A stretch of 64,000 nucleotides of DNA from NCBI GenBank assembly GCA_949358305.1, contig OX442314.1:21452001-21516000 (forward strand), read 5' to 3'. The notes beneath the pieces were generated by a model. That model worked only from the letters and a program-made list of their open reading frames with translations, was not told the DNA's origin and ran no database searches. The stretch comes from Strigamia acuminata. Lineage: Eukaryota. This document shows, in pieces, positions 23,666-35,733 of the stretch. Position 1 is the stretch's first letter; each line of letters opens with the position of its first letter. Position numbers and translations under genes: made by a program.

Positions 23666-25075
23666 TAAGTTTTTTTAATTTTCCTATTAATTTATTATTA
23701 TAAGTTGACGAATTTAAAGAATCGTCATAATTACTGATTGAGATTTCAAAATCAGATGTTGGATTTCATATTTGATCAATGACATATCATGTGTTGGTAC
23801 TGTGTACAAATCTATCCAGATCTTCCTAAAATGAGAAATGTTTCCATCCTTCCAGTTTTCACCCGATTACTAGAATGACTCGAATTAGGAATACAAAGTA
23901 AAATACAAATAATTCAAGAAGCAGAAGTGAACAGTATTGTCATCAACATGTAATACTGATAGTGCATTAGCACAATGTTGTGTAAAGCACATAATACATT
24001 TTGTGCAAACCTACATTTTATCTCCAGTGACAAAAATAAATAAACAGATGTATTGCTATATCATTTGTATAAATAGAACTCTACTGTTATCAACTTAATT
24101 TCTTGGCCATTATATTCCAACGAATTATTTTCATGTTTACTGCAATCTAAATTTGATTTTCCATTCTTGACTGTTAAGTTTGTGGAATATTTAACTATAC
24201 AAATGTAAGTATGCACAAACGGTGTATTAATATTGTACGTATCTTAACAACTGTGTTTACTTTTCTCAATTTCGATATCTAGACTGCAATTCTGTCTTCT
24301 GGACAATATTTTTTAGTACTATTCTAACTGTTTTAATGGCTTTTATTCCAATTGACCAATTTTAGCCACAAGCTCAACGTTAAAAATGTTTTACTAAAAT
24401 TAGTCAGTTGAAAATTAAGAAAAAGTGTAGAAAAAAGTGTCGCAAAGCCATCAAAAACGTTTCAATTACAAGAAATACTCTTTACGTTCACATAACTGTG
24501 TGTAAAAAAAGACAAATGTAGCCTTATTTCATTCTAAATGTCCAGAAGTTGCAATCAATGTAGGCCTGTTATCGGCCGATTGTACAATTGTCTCGAGAAT
24601 TAATGCATTTCTTTAAAAATCAAATTAAAAATAAAAATGGTGGATGTTTGTAAATGTTGTGTAGATATTTATCTAAAGATTTAATGTTTTCAATTATAAA
24701 GACTTTTGAAAATGTAAAACAGATTAAAGCCGTAAAAACAAAAATCAAAATATCAATAGCTATTAAAGCTATAGTTGTTGTAACAACTAAATACTGGAAT
24801 AAAAAATTTGTTCTATACGAAAAAAATAACAGAAAGAATAAACGGAAAATATCGATTAAATTTCAACTTTAAAGCCAAACTAGGTCAGTGGATAACGCCA
24901 AGGTTGTCTCAAAGGCACACACAACATTTTGAAATATCAATGCCCCCAGTGCCAATTTACATAATTACAAAACTGTTAATAACAATTATCATAATTTGTT
25001 TATAATATAAACAAAAAATTCAATTCGAATGATACATCTTTGTTGTTAATAGTATTAGAAATTGAAAAAGTGAAA

Positions 25076-26612
25076 TTAAAATCCATCGATACTCCAAAAA
25101 TGAACCTTCTGATCGCCACATACAGCAATGATGGGAAGTTTGCAATGCCACGATAATCCATCAACAACTAACAATTGAGCGTTTAGGCAAACTTGCCAAT
25201 TCGACTGTGAAAACAACAAGAAAACAAAAACCATCACTCAAAACTCATTCTTCTACTGACTGCATTCAAAAGGTTGTGTTTCAGCTATTTTAGGCGTATA
25301 TGTTTTTGTTTTGTTATGTTAAAAAACAAAAACAAAAACAAAAACACTTAAAACACCATTGTTTGAATGCAGCCAGTACAAACACAAGTACAAACACAAC
25401 TTACCTGTCCAGGTTTTATTCGGAAGACTTTAATTTGATTGTTTGGTCGTCCAATTGTACAAATTAGCGATTCGTTAGTCGGGCACCAACGAAATGATTG
25501 TGATAGTTCCATGTGTACTGTATGACTATCGATTGGACGGCTAAATAAATAAAAAAGGTTGAAGAAAAAAATGTTTTTTTTATTTTTATTTTAAATGTAT
25601 TAAATCTTTCAAACCTCGATCTCGATGTATCCCAAATACAACAATCTGATCCCGCTGCACAACCCACTTGTAGACTATTGAGTAGACACCAGTCCGCCAT
25701 CAGCAGAGGCTGTTTATTCGAGTCTAATGACATCAAGGGTTGTTGCGTGATCAAATTGTAAAACCGTATAACTCCTTTTTTCTCAGCAACCATCAACTAA
25801 GAAAATAATTTTTTAAATTTAATTAGATTAAATTTTTATTTTTTTTTTTATTTTACCTTTTCCGATTCATTTTTATGCCACCGAACCGACATGCCAGCAG
25901 ATTTCAATATAAACGAACAGCAACATTTTCCATCCACGTTGAATACACGACACGTGTTGTCGTCGCTGACACTCGCGATTCTATCTCCTTTTTCTGGCTC
26001 GAAAGCAATATCATTAATGTACGATCTGTGCCCCCCAATTACCTACAAAGAAAACCAACGACAGATTAATTTCCACTTTTAATGAATAATGAATAATGAT
26101 GGCCAAATTTACGAACTTTAACGACATCGTCGTTTTTCAAATCAGTTTTGAAAATTCGAATCATGTGATCAGCACAGGAAGCAGCAAAACTGTAATTTAA
26201 AAATACAAATACAAAATAAATTCAAAATTTTTTTTTAATTAAATAAATAAAAACAGTAAAGGATTTTTTTTTTACACGACTTGTCTGGGCATTAAATCCA
26301 AATTCGTTTGTGGACTCCAGCACAGCGATAGAATTCTCGTTCCGTGTTGAAAATCTCGCACGTGGACGTATTCGAGATTTTCGACGTCGACAGCATCGTC
26401 CTAAATTAAAAGAATTAACACAATTAAACGAATTATCCTTACATTGTAGCTCGCGAGCGACCACTTACCGGAAAAGTACATTTTCCTATTTCGATTCTAT
26501 CGGTAGTTGCTATAGCAATCAACGATCCGCACCAATTAAATGGGGAAAATTCAGCTAGGTAAACACGATCTTTTAAGTCAATATTCCAATTGCTACGTTT
26601 CGTTGTTTCCAT
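25076..26612 (-). CDS. NUP37: Nucleoporin Nup37 (WD40), ~7 exons
   Basis: Spliced translation contains AEFSPF...IGKCTF, IAVLESTN region, ASVSDDNTCRVF, LMVAEKKGVIRFYNL, PLLMADWCLLN, IWDTSRS, VCGDQKVHFW; collinear with recalled human NUP37. Confidence 0.93.
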
Positions 26613-27074
26613 CTCAATTTAAATCCTGGCGGCCAAGTACCGCGCCGTTACGAGATCTAGGAAGCGGAAATGGAAAGTAAACGGATGCCCGAAGCACGAC
26701 ACCCTGTGTTAAATTCTGGCGGTTAGGCGCGAAATACAAAAAAAAATATTAAAACTCAAAAGGAATACATTTGTCAGATTAATTTTTCGTGTTTTAAGTA
26801 GGAAAATTAAAAATAAATTTATATTTAGTCAGTTAGGTCATGTCCTCCATTATAATTTTAAAAGGAAAATCCCTTAGTATATTTATATTTATATTCAACT
26901 GAGCTGAGAAACATGGCGGCCGAGTTTGGCTACTACTTCAAAATAATTTACAACAAATAAAAAAATAGAATGTGATATCTCATTATTACATGGAAAGGCT
27001 GCAATAATAAATAAACGCATGATATTCTAAACCAAACTCCCTACTTTTAAGGAAAAGACTTTAAATCCAAAAAA

Positions 27075-27995
27075 ATGGGTTTAGTTACAATCTTAACTGC
27101 TTGTTTTGGATTCATAAGTTTAATTTCAATTCCTACTTATTATAAGTATAAAGGTTCAAATTCTGTATCATTGTGAGTGGATAACATTAATAAACCTTAA
27201 GACTTACAACTATCAGTAGCACACACAATTAAGGCAAATTTTCATCAGCTTCCAGAAAATATTTTGGGATACTGAAGAAGAGTGGAACATAAAGGACTGG
27301 TTTTCGACCATGTTTACACTTTCTTCCTTCGCTAACTCTCCGAGCCAGGAAGTGGTTCGTCTGTGGGGATGGACTTTAAAGTTGCCACCATGTTGGGATA
27401 CTGGTAACCATTTCTAACGATCTATTTTTCAAATGTTTGCTTTACTCATTCACTTTCAGTAGCTACGTTCATGATAATGATGTGGTTGTACAGTTACTTA
27501 CTTAATGTTTGGTGTGCTGACTTGTGGAATGACTTAATGGAGTTTCCAAGATTTGTAAAAAAAAAAAAATAATAATAACACATTCCAAATATATCAAAAT
27601 GTACATTTTGCAGAGAAATGCTATCAATTCCCTGATTCTTTTGCTCGTTATAGCCCCAGCCGCTGGATTTAGTGTAAATATGAAATGATATAAACAAAAA
27701 TAATCCTTAATCGTTGTAAAAATGCCATAACTTCCATTGAAAGGCTTCTCAAAGTAGCGAGTCAAAATTAACCGATTCAAAGGCGAATTTGGATAAATTA
27801 TATATGGATTCAACACGAGAGCAAGTAGATGACAAAACACAAGTATAATCTCATTTAACGTATGTAATTTTCTGTTAATAATCAAAATATTGATTTCAGG
27901 ATTCAGACACGGAGGACAACAGACTACTGAAGTACGAGGAAACCGTAGCAGCAATGTTAGAGCAAATAAACCTGGAAGATGACGGATCGGATTGA
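27075..27995 (+). CDS. Unrecognised multi-exon membrane protein (~200 aa, 2-3 hydrophobic segments, acidic C-terminus)
   Basis: Exons 27075-27172, 27249-27403, 27460-27554, 27614-27673, 27744-27842, 27900-27995 with 56-76 nt GT-AG introns join into one 603-nt open frame. Possible extra 5' exon 26670-26721. Confidence 0.7.
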
Positions 27996-28713
27996 CTTTA
28001 TTACTTGGAATGAGATTGCTTAAAATTGTTCAGAAAAATAAAATAAAATATTATTTTCTTTGAAAGAAAGAAATTATCTCATTTTAAAATTAAAATTTAT
28101 TACATTGATTTCTGTCATAGACAGAAAACGGGCAAATAAACACACATATCTTACAATAAATGCTATTTGTAATAGAATATTCAATATGAATTTCATTTAC
28201 ATAAAAATATAATTGTTTTTAAAAACCATCTAACTACATATATTCAAATAATCTGCATATAAATTGCACACTATCACTCCATTCACATGGTTATAATTGC
28301 TCACTACACGTCTCAAATTTCTCCCCTTCCAAATACACTCGCCTATAATAGATATTAGAACCATATAAATGTAGTATTATTATTAGATTTGAAAAGAAAC
28401 TAACCCACAAAATGTGTTTATTAACAAGACTGTCGGCACGCAAAATAAAATTATACTTCAAATGCAATATTTGTATAATTACACAGGAAAAATATTGCAA
28501 AATAAAGCTATTAAATATATACTCTAGTTAAGTTTTAAATCATTAAAGATCTTGGAAACTGTGTAAATTTTTTGCTTCAAATAAATAAATAAAAAATATA
28601 CCAGCAAAGTGGGCTTGTTAATGTTATTAGATACGAGTAAATGCAATTATCTTAATTCAACATTGTTCCCAATTTTGTGTGATAAAACAAATCTCAAATC
28701 TCTTCGTACGCAC

Positions 28714-30888
28714 CTACTTCGATTCTAGCGAATCACTACCCTTACAATTTGATTTCTGACTGGTTACCCGACTACCAGTGAGACCCGCGATAATGTCTAC
28801 GTAGTAATCACCAAACACCGAACGATTGTGCGAAACCAATCGGAGAAATTGACCGGCCAGACGAGACAACTCTTGCTGCATGGTCGACAACCCCGGCGGA
28901 ATTCGTATTGGACTTGCTGTCGAGCTCAAAACCTGACCGATGAACTCCAAGATTCGCAGCCCTATGCAAAACAAATAAAATAAATTTCTAAAAACATAAA
29001 AATATAATCAAACACACAAAACTTACTGACTAAACCTCGAATCCGAGCGTTAGGCAGCGCCAACTCTTCAATTTGTCCGGTTAAATTTTTCTGCGCACTT
29101 TCGTCGAGAGGCTTAAAACCATGTTTACCCAAACATTCGTTCACTTCTTTCACTACTTGAATAGCGACGCTGCTAGTAGTTTCATTCAAACTACGATCAA
29201 AAACAATTACACCAATAGAACCGCAGATAAAATTTGATAGAATTTACCTCGACAATTCCGCACTATTAAGCAAAACAGTGACGTGCTCTTTCAATTGTTC
29301 TTTGAACTGGGTCAGCCCGGAAATGGCTGGGCCAACGGAGCTGAATGTCACCAACAACATCGAAGCAACGAGCGAAATATTCTGAACACGTTTGCGCAGA
29401 TCCAAAAATCGGCTTTTATCCATCAATAAAGTCTACGAATAAATATTTAAATTTAAAAATTAAAAATTACCAGAACAATTTAACAAAATTACCTCTGGAA
29501 AAACCCAATCATCGTTCCATTCCAGCAATGCACAATAAGCTTTCATTATCACATTATTTGTGGACAAAATCTTGTCCGTACTCGCGTCACTCGACATGGC
29601 TTGTTCCATGACATGTTTCACGGTAAGCTCATCGACAACTCTTTCAAACCAACATTTGGTGTATTGTAAACCATTCACTTGAGTACCGAGAAATTCGGCA
29701 AATTTCTCCTTTTCGTATTCGATCGAATGTTGTTGAATGTGCGGACGCAATTGCTGTATCGTAAAATTTGCCATGTCCAATTTCATTATGTCCAACGTCT
29801 TAAGAATTTCCCTGCAAAACAAATCCATTTGATAAATCCAGCCGAAAAACCCCTCGTCCGTGCCTATGCCTACCTATACATGGCCACAACATTAGTAATG
29901 TCCACCAGTTCTCTTATCTTCTCATCCCGAATGGGTGCGCATAACTTCGCCATGACGGAAATGATATACTGCGCATAACGATTAAAATCCAAAGCGTCAT
30001 TTTCGGCTTGATGACGAATTAAATCGACATCTAAAACTTCGTTAATTTGTTCCTTAATTTTTGTATGGTGAGGAAGCAAGAGACTCAAAAGACCCTATTT
30101 AAAGCGCGAATTAATAAGGATTCAAGTGATTCTCGTTGGCATCTACCTCCTTAATTTCATTCAATAAAATCATAGCGTGTTGATAATTCGCGGGACTTTC
30201 GGTCAACTGTTCTTCAAAAGCATCCCAAAACGCTTTATGAACAGTTTCTTTGATCTGTCTTTCCAAGCTGTCTTCCGGTGGCTCCACTTTCTCCAGTTTA
30301 AAATCTTTATCAACCGCTATTTCGTGCGCGAGCGCCATATTGGTTACGCCGTTCGCAGCTTTCATGATTTGCTCCAATGAGACAAATCGAGGCGGCGAAC
30401 CTGAACAAAAATTAAAAATATTTTAAATATGTCCCACAATTTATACCGTATTACCCCACTTTGGAAGCCATGCCCTAAAATGCAAGTTTGCCATCTCTTA
30501 TAAGTCGAATTCCTGCTGGAAAATTGGGGCTCGCGATTTTAGGATATGCCCTCCAAAGCGGGGTAATACGGCATAAATAATATTATTTCTTACAAGCTAA
30601 ACCCGGCAACATGAAACCTTGCGGCGAACCATCAACACGTTGTCTTTTTTCAGAATCAGTTTTGCCATTTGCTAATTCTTCGTCGCTGCCACTTTCGCTG
30701 CTCAAGCATCGTCCGCGTGTCGACTCGTGTCCGTTGACGCCATTTTTCAAATCTTCTTCCTCGCTTCTGTCAGAAATCGGACTCTCGCAATCGGCGCCTT
30801 TACCGCCCTTAATTGCAACCGATTTCGATTTTTCCTTATCAATTTTGGCATCGCCTTCAAAATGCTTTCCATTTTCCTTTTCAGCCAT
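28714..30888 (-). CDS. TCP11L1: T-complex protein 11-like (TCP11L1/L2 family)
   Basis: SPPRFVS, GVTNMALAHEIAV, VHKAFWD, LCAPIRDE, MKLDMANF, HNRSVFGDYY motifs across ~7 exons. Confidence 0.92.
30446..30571. mobile_element. Small MITE in TCP11-like intron
   Basis: TIRs CCGTATTACCCCACTTTGGA / TCCAAAGCGGGGTAATACGG; TA on the left. Confidence 0.75.
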
Positions 30889-33166
30889 AACTGTAAGAAT
30901 TGATTTTATAATAATCAAGTAAACACATTTAATTGACATCCTGTTATTTAACTAAGCAGCAGGTTCAGAACAGAACACTGAACTTACTCATAAAAATTAA
31001 ATTATTTTCTCTAGCATACATTTCCACGGTAAAACTTGATTTAGCAAAGGTTTTACCTTGAACAGCAATGTGTGCATTTGTTTTTTTTTATTTTAAATGT
31101 AGATACATTACCTATTTTGTCAAATATTCGACTCAAGTTGAATGGATGCCGTTGAGGATTCAAATCTAAGATCAAAGACACAAAGAAGTCGTCAATCAAC
31201 TGGATTAATGCGCCAGAAGAAAAGAAGAAGAAAAAAAAAACAAGTTCACCCACACTAATTTGTAATTAGATAATACACCATGTATAATTTCCTGACCAGA
31301 AATGCGACTTCAATATAAATAACAGACACACGAACAAAAATGTCACTAAGAGATTTGTTTAACGCTTTAAGTACATAGCAACCAAAACAAAATTCTTAAT
31401 TTAAAAAAAAATGTAACTAACACAAGGTCGAACGTGTATTTCCTTGCCTTTAAATTGACCTTAAAATCAAGGTAAATTTCTCCCTTTTTCCAAGTTCGGT
31501 GCACGACGATTTTTCTTTTTTTTTTCTTTATGAATGACTTGCGCTTTTTGATAAGGTAAAATAAATTTAAAATAAGCCTAAAAATTCCATTACATGAAAA
31601 AATTCAAGTTTTACAAAATAAATTAATTTTGGCATCACGTTATAATAATAGAAATATGAATGGCGACGCAGATGGTGCGTACAAGTGGTTTAAAGCATTC
31701 CACTGATGATTCAACATAAACATGATTGGCAAACTTTCAAATGATGCGAGTTAAATAAACAAAATAAAAAGTTAATCTTATCTCGCAAACTATAAAATAC
31801 ACACACTATATTGTGACAACTGTATGATAGGTTCAAACAACTGTCATAAAACAAACATTTAATTACATTTCCCTGCTATTAATTCACCTTATTTCGTCCT
31901 GCTGCCAAATTCACCTCTGGGATGGGTTGTTTTTTGTCGGGTTAATATCCTAAATGAAAAGAAGTTTGACAAATCAATGAATAACTATAGAGATTAAAAT
32001 GCAAAAAAAAGGGGGAAAAAATACCAATACCAAATAAAACGTCCTTTAAGTAAAAAAAAATTACTTTGAAGCTTGTTCGCCTTCAGCCCATTCACCGACC
32101 TTAAAAAATAATAAAATAATAAAAAATAAATAAATTAAAGGACAAAGTTGTGCTAGTTTTAAATTCAGTAAAAGTATTTTAAGTTTGGTTCATTAATTTT
32201 TATTATTTGTTGTTGTCTTAACCTGTTTGCCAACCCAAGTGTGAAATTCGACAAGTAGAGCGTAATTTTCTGTTGTTTTTTTTTTTAAAAAAAGTAAAAA
32301 TTTAAAAAATTCATAACAAAAAATTAAATTTCTGTGATTTTTTTTTAATTTTTTCTCGAATCGTCAACAAATTTCCAAAATTCTCGGTAAAGTATTGTAA
32401 ACAAATCTGTTCCAAGTTAAAATCTGCCCGAAATTATGTAAGCCAAGTTTCTATTTATAATTTTATATATACAAAACGTGCCCGTGAAAGAAAATTTCGC
32501 TTTAAATTTAGCCCACCACGACCACGATCGTCCGCACAAAGGAAACGAAAAATTTGTGGAATTTCGTTTGTTTGCTTTACAAATCATGTTTTGTTTTTTA
32601 ACGCATTGTCAATGCAGGTGAATAATATAGTAACGTCCTTCGTGGTGTAAATGGGTAGAATCTTACCGAGTTGAAGGCGGATGTCGTTGGAATTCTGTTA
32701 AAAAAGTCGTATCACTTTGTGATGGTGGTCCAAAAATGCGGACAAAAGGCAAAACACGGATTAAAAATCCAAATGACGCTTTCCCCAGGCTTGCACGGGA
32801 AGTTGTGATCAGATGGTACCTCACGTGACCAAGTGTTGTTGTTTGACGTCATGGAAATTAATGGCGCTTGTTGTCAAGGGAAGAAACACAAAGAAATCGA
32901 AATCTCGAAAATCACAAATAAAGAAAATATGAAATATTGCAACATTATATTCTTGACGGAATATGTAAATTTAAAAAAAAAAATTAATTTAATTTTAAGA
33001 ATTTTAAAAATAGAAAACACAATTTTAGCTTTTAAAACCCATCACTAGATGGCGGTAGTTTCCAAAAAGAAATTTTCCAAAATAAAGAAAATCCGAGTGC
33101 AAAATGCTGGAAACAATCAGAAAAACTAAAAACAAACAACAATTCATGTTTCAAAAGCAACAAAAA

Positions 33167-33461
33167 GGATGAGGTTCGATTATTTTGAATGGGCTACCGA
33201 CCACCGCCTATTCACAGGCGCGATCCCACTACTGCACAATACGGGAGATTTTGGCTGCTATGTCACCATCCTGGCCCGATTCACTCCTCCTTAGACAACC
33301 TGGAGATCCAAGACTCCTCTCGGACCCCCATGTTGATACCATGCTTAGTGTGGACACCCGCTCAACATAGGACAGTAGCCGACAGAACTCCCACTCTCAA
33401 ACCGTCCGCTCACCCACACCTCCAAGTAGCTGGATTACAGGAGCGAGCCACCACTCCCAGA
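33167..33461 (-). ncRNA. RN7SL: 7SL / SRP RNA, copy 1
   Basis: Minus strand: CTGGGAGTGGTGGC..CCTGTAATCCAGCTAC (Alu domain), CCAGGTTGTCTAAGGAGG, CCAGG-ATG-GTGA-CAT-AGCAG (helix 8), CAGTAGTGGGATCGCGCCTGTGAATAG; ~295 nt followed by a T5 Pol III terminator. Confidence 0.95.
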
Positions 33462-34087
33462 TACTAACATCGCGGCAAAACAGACCTCATATGCCGTATC
33501 CGGAAAGAAAGAGAAACAATATAGGAAAACATCAGGAAAAACAAGCCATTTGAGAAGACTTTTAAATAAAACTGATTGAGAACTGTGTTTATTTGTGTTA
33601 TTTGTCTCAAATAACAATTGTTGTGATTTTTGTTAAAAAATATTAAGTTGTGTTTTTAATTCTGCTTTTTTTGTCTGTAGAAGAAATCAAGGAACGTGTT
33701 TTTTGATACGCATTTGAAATTAAAGTACAGTATAAATAATAAAGAGGAACGTTTTTATTCATCCACCTTCGTCACGTGATCCTTTGTTATTTGACATCAT
33801 CTGAATAATGGTGCCTGCAATCAGGCAATAAATAAATCACAATTCGTAAGTAATTTTCTAATGCTGATGTGGAATTTCCCCAAATGATTTAATTTGATTT
33901 ATCTCCGCATTTTATAAAATAAAAACAACAACAACAAAAATTAAGTTTTTAAAATTCGTCGCTAGACGGCGATGAATTTTAAAGTAAAAAATAAATTTGG
34001 AAATAGAGAAAATTCGTGCGAGATGCTGGAAAAAACATGAGGAAAAATATAAACAAGGTAAGTTACAACTTTAAAAATAACAAAAAA

Positions 34088-34382
34088 GGATGAGGTTCGA
34101 CTATATTGAATGGGCTACCAACCACTGCCTATTCACAGGCGCGATCCCACTACTGCACAGTACGGGAGATTTTGGCTGCTATGTCACCATCCTGGCCCGA
34201 TTCACTCCTCCTTAGACAACCTGGAGATCCAAGACTCCTCTCGGACCCCCATGTTGATACCATGCTTAGTGTGGACACCCGCTCAACATAGGACAGTAGC
34301 CGACAGAACTCCCACTCTCAAACCGTCCGCTCACCCACACCTCCAAGTAGCTGGATTACAGGAGCGAGCCACCACTCCCAGA
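34088..34382 (-). ncRNA. RN7SL: 7SL / SRP RNA, copy 2
   Basis: Near-identical to copy 1, 921 bp away; T6 terminator. Confidence 0.95.
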
Positions 34383-35008
34383 TACTAACATCGCGGCAAA
34401 ACAGACCTCATATGCCGTATCCGGAAAGAAAGAGAAACAATATAGGAAAACATCAGGAAAAACAAGCCATTTGAGAAGACTTTTAAATAAAACTGATTGA
34501 GAACTGTGTTTATTTGTGTTATTTGTCTCAAATAACAATTGTTGTGATTTTTGTTAAAAAATATTAAGTTGTGTTTTTAATTCTGCTTTTTTTGTCTGTA
34601 GAAGAAATCAAGGAACGTGTTTTTTGATACGCATTTGAAATTAAAGTACAGTATAAATAATAAAGAGGAACGTTTTTATTCATCCACCTTCGTCACGTGA
34701 TCCTTTGTTATTTGACATCATCTGAATAATGGTGCCTGCAATCAGGCAATAAATAAATCACAATTCGTAAGTAATTTTCTAATGCTGATGTGGAATTTCC
34801 CCAAATGATTTAATTTGATTTATCTCCGCATTTTATAAAATAAAAACAACAACAACAAAAATTAAGTTTTTAAAATTCGTCGCTAGACGGCGATGAATTT
34901 TAAAGTAAAAAATAAATTTGGAAATAGAGAAAATTCGTGCGAGATGCTGGAAAAAACATGAGGAAAAATATAAACAAGGTAAGTTACAACTTTAAAAATA
35001 ACAAAAAA

Positions 35009-35303
35009 GGATGAGGTTCGACTATATTGAATGGGCTACCAACCACTGCCTATTCACAGGCGCGATCCCACTACTGCACAGTACGGGAGATTTTGGCTGC
35101 TATGTCACCATCCTGGCCCGGTTCACTCCTCCTTAGACAACCTGGAAATCCAAGACTCCTCCCGGATCACCATGTTGATACCGTGCTTAGTGCGGACGCC
35201 CGATCAACATAGGACGGTGGCCGACAGAACTCCCACTCTCAAGCCGTCCGCTCACCCATGCTTCCAAGCAGCTGGATTACAGGAGTGCGCCACCACTCCC
35301 AGC
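35009..35303 (-). ncRNA. RN7SL: 7SL / SRP RNA, copy 3 (distinct variant)
   Basis: Same motifs, starts GCTGGG; unique upstream flank with TATATATA about 30 nt upstream; T6 terminator. Confidence 0.95.
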
Positions 35304-35733
35304 CAACAATCTATGCACAAAACTCCTATATATACCTAATAATTTACATTGCTTTTCTTTTTTATTGAATATTAAAATTATTATGGGCGTAAATTGAGCA
35401 ATGGATGGTCGAAAATCACTTTTTATTTTGTGTAATTAAAATAAAAAATTTTTTAAAAAAAATTTAAATTTTTGTTTGTTTGTAAAATTTTGAAATTGGA
35501 CATACAAAAATAAAATTTTAAAAAGACGAGCAAAATCAATTCCTATTTCAGCTTAATTTTTAAAAATATCAAGGCCAAGATCGGTTTTACGTAAATTTTT
35601 AATTTTTTAATTGTAATAACCGTCATCAGGTGGCGGTACAGTAGAACATGGCTCCTGTTGATGTCTCCGTGCGAGGGATTTTCAAAGACTTATGATTCTT
35701 AACGTCTGTTTCTTCCCGATTTGTATTCTTACA

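Larger units (their letters stand above)
33162..35302. repeat. 921-bp tandem duplication containing the 7SL genes
   Basis: Spacers 33462-34081 and 34383-35002 appear identical by eye; period 921 bp. Confidence 0.95.

Noticed and set aside
27471..27521. Possible C/D box snoRNA (ATGATAATGATG...CTGA)
   Set aside because: Too short, imperfect C box, no terminal stem, and it lies within a predicted coding exon.
27502..27954. 150-aa minus-strand ORF
   Set aside because: Antisense to the phase-consistent plus-strand exons; no ATG start and no recognisable motifs.
33185..35339. Repeated 60-102 aa ORFs in the 921-bp repeat
   Set aside because: They are antisense or flanking read-outs of the 7SL RNA genes, which explain the conservation.
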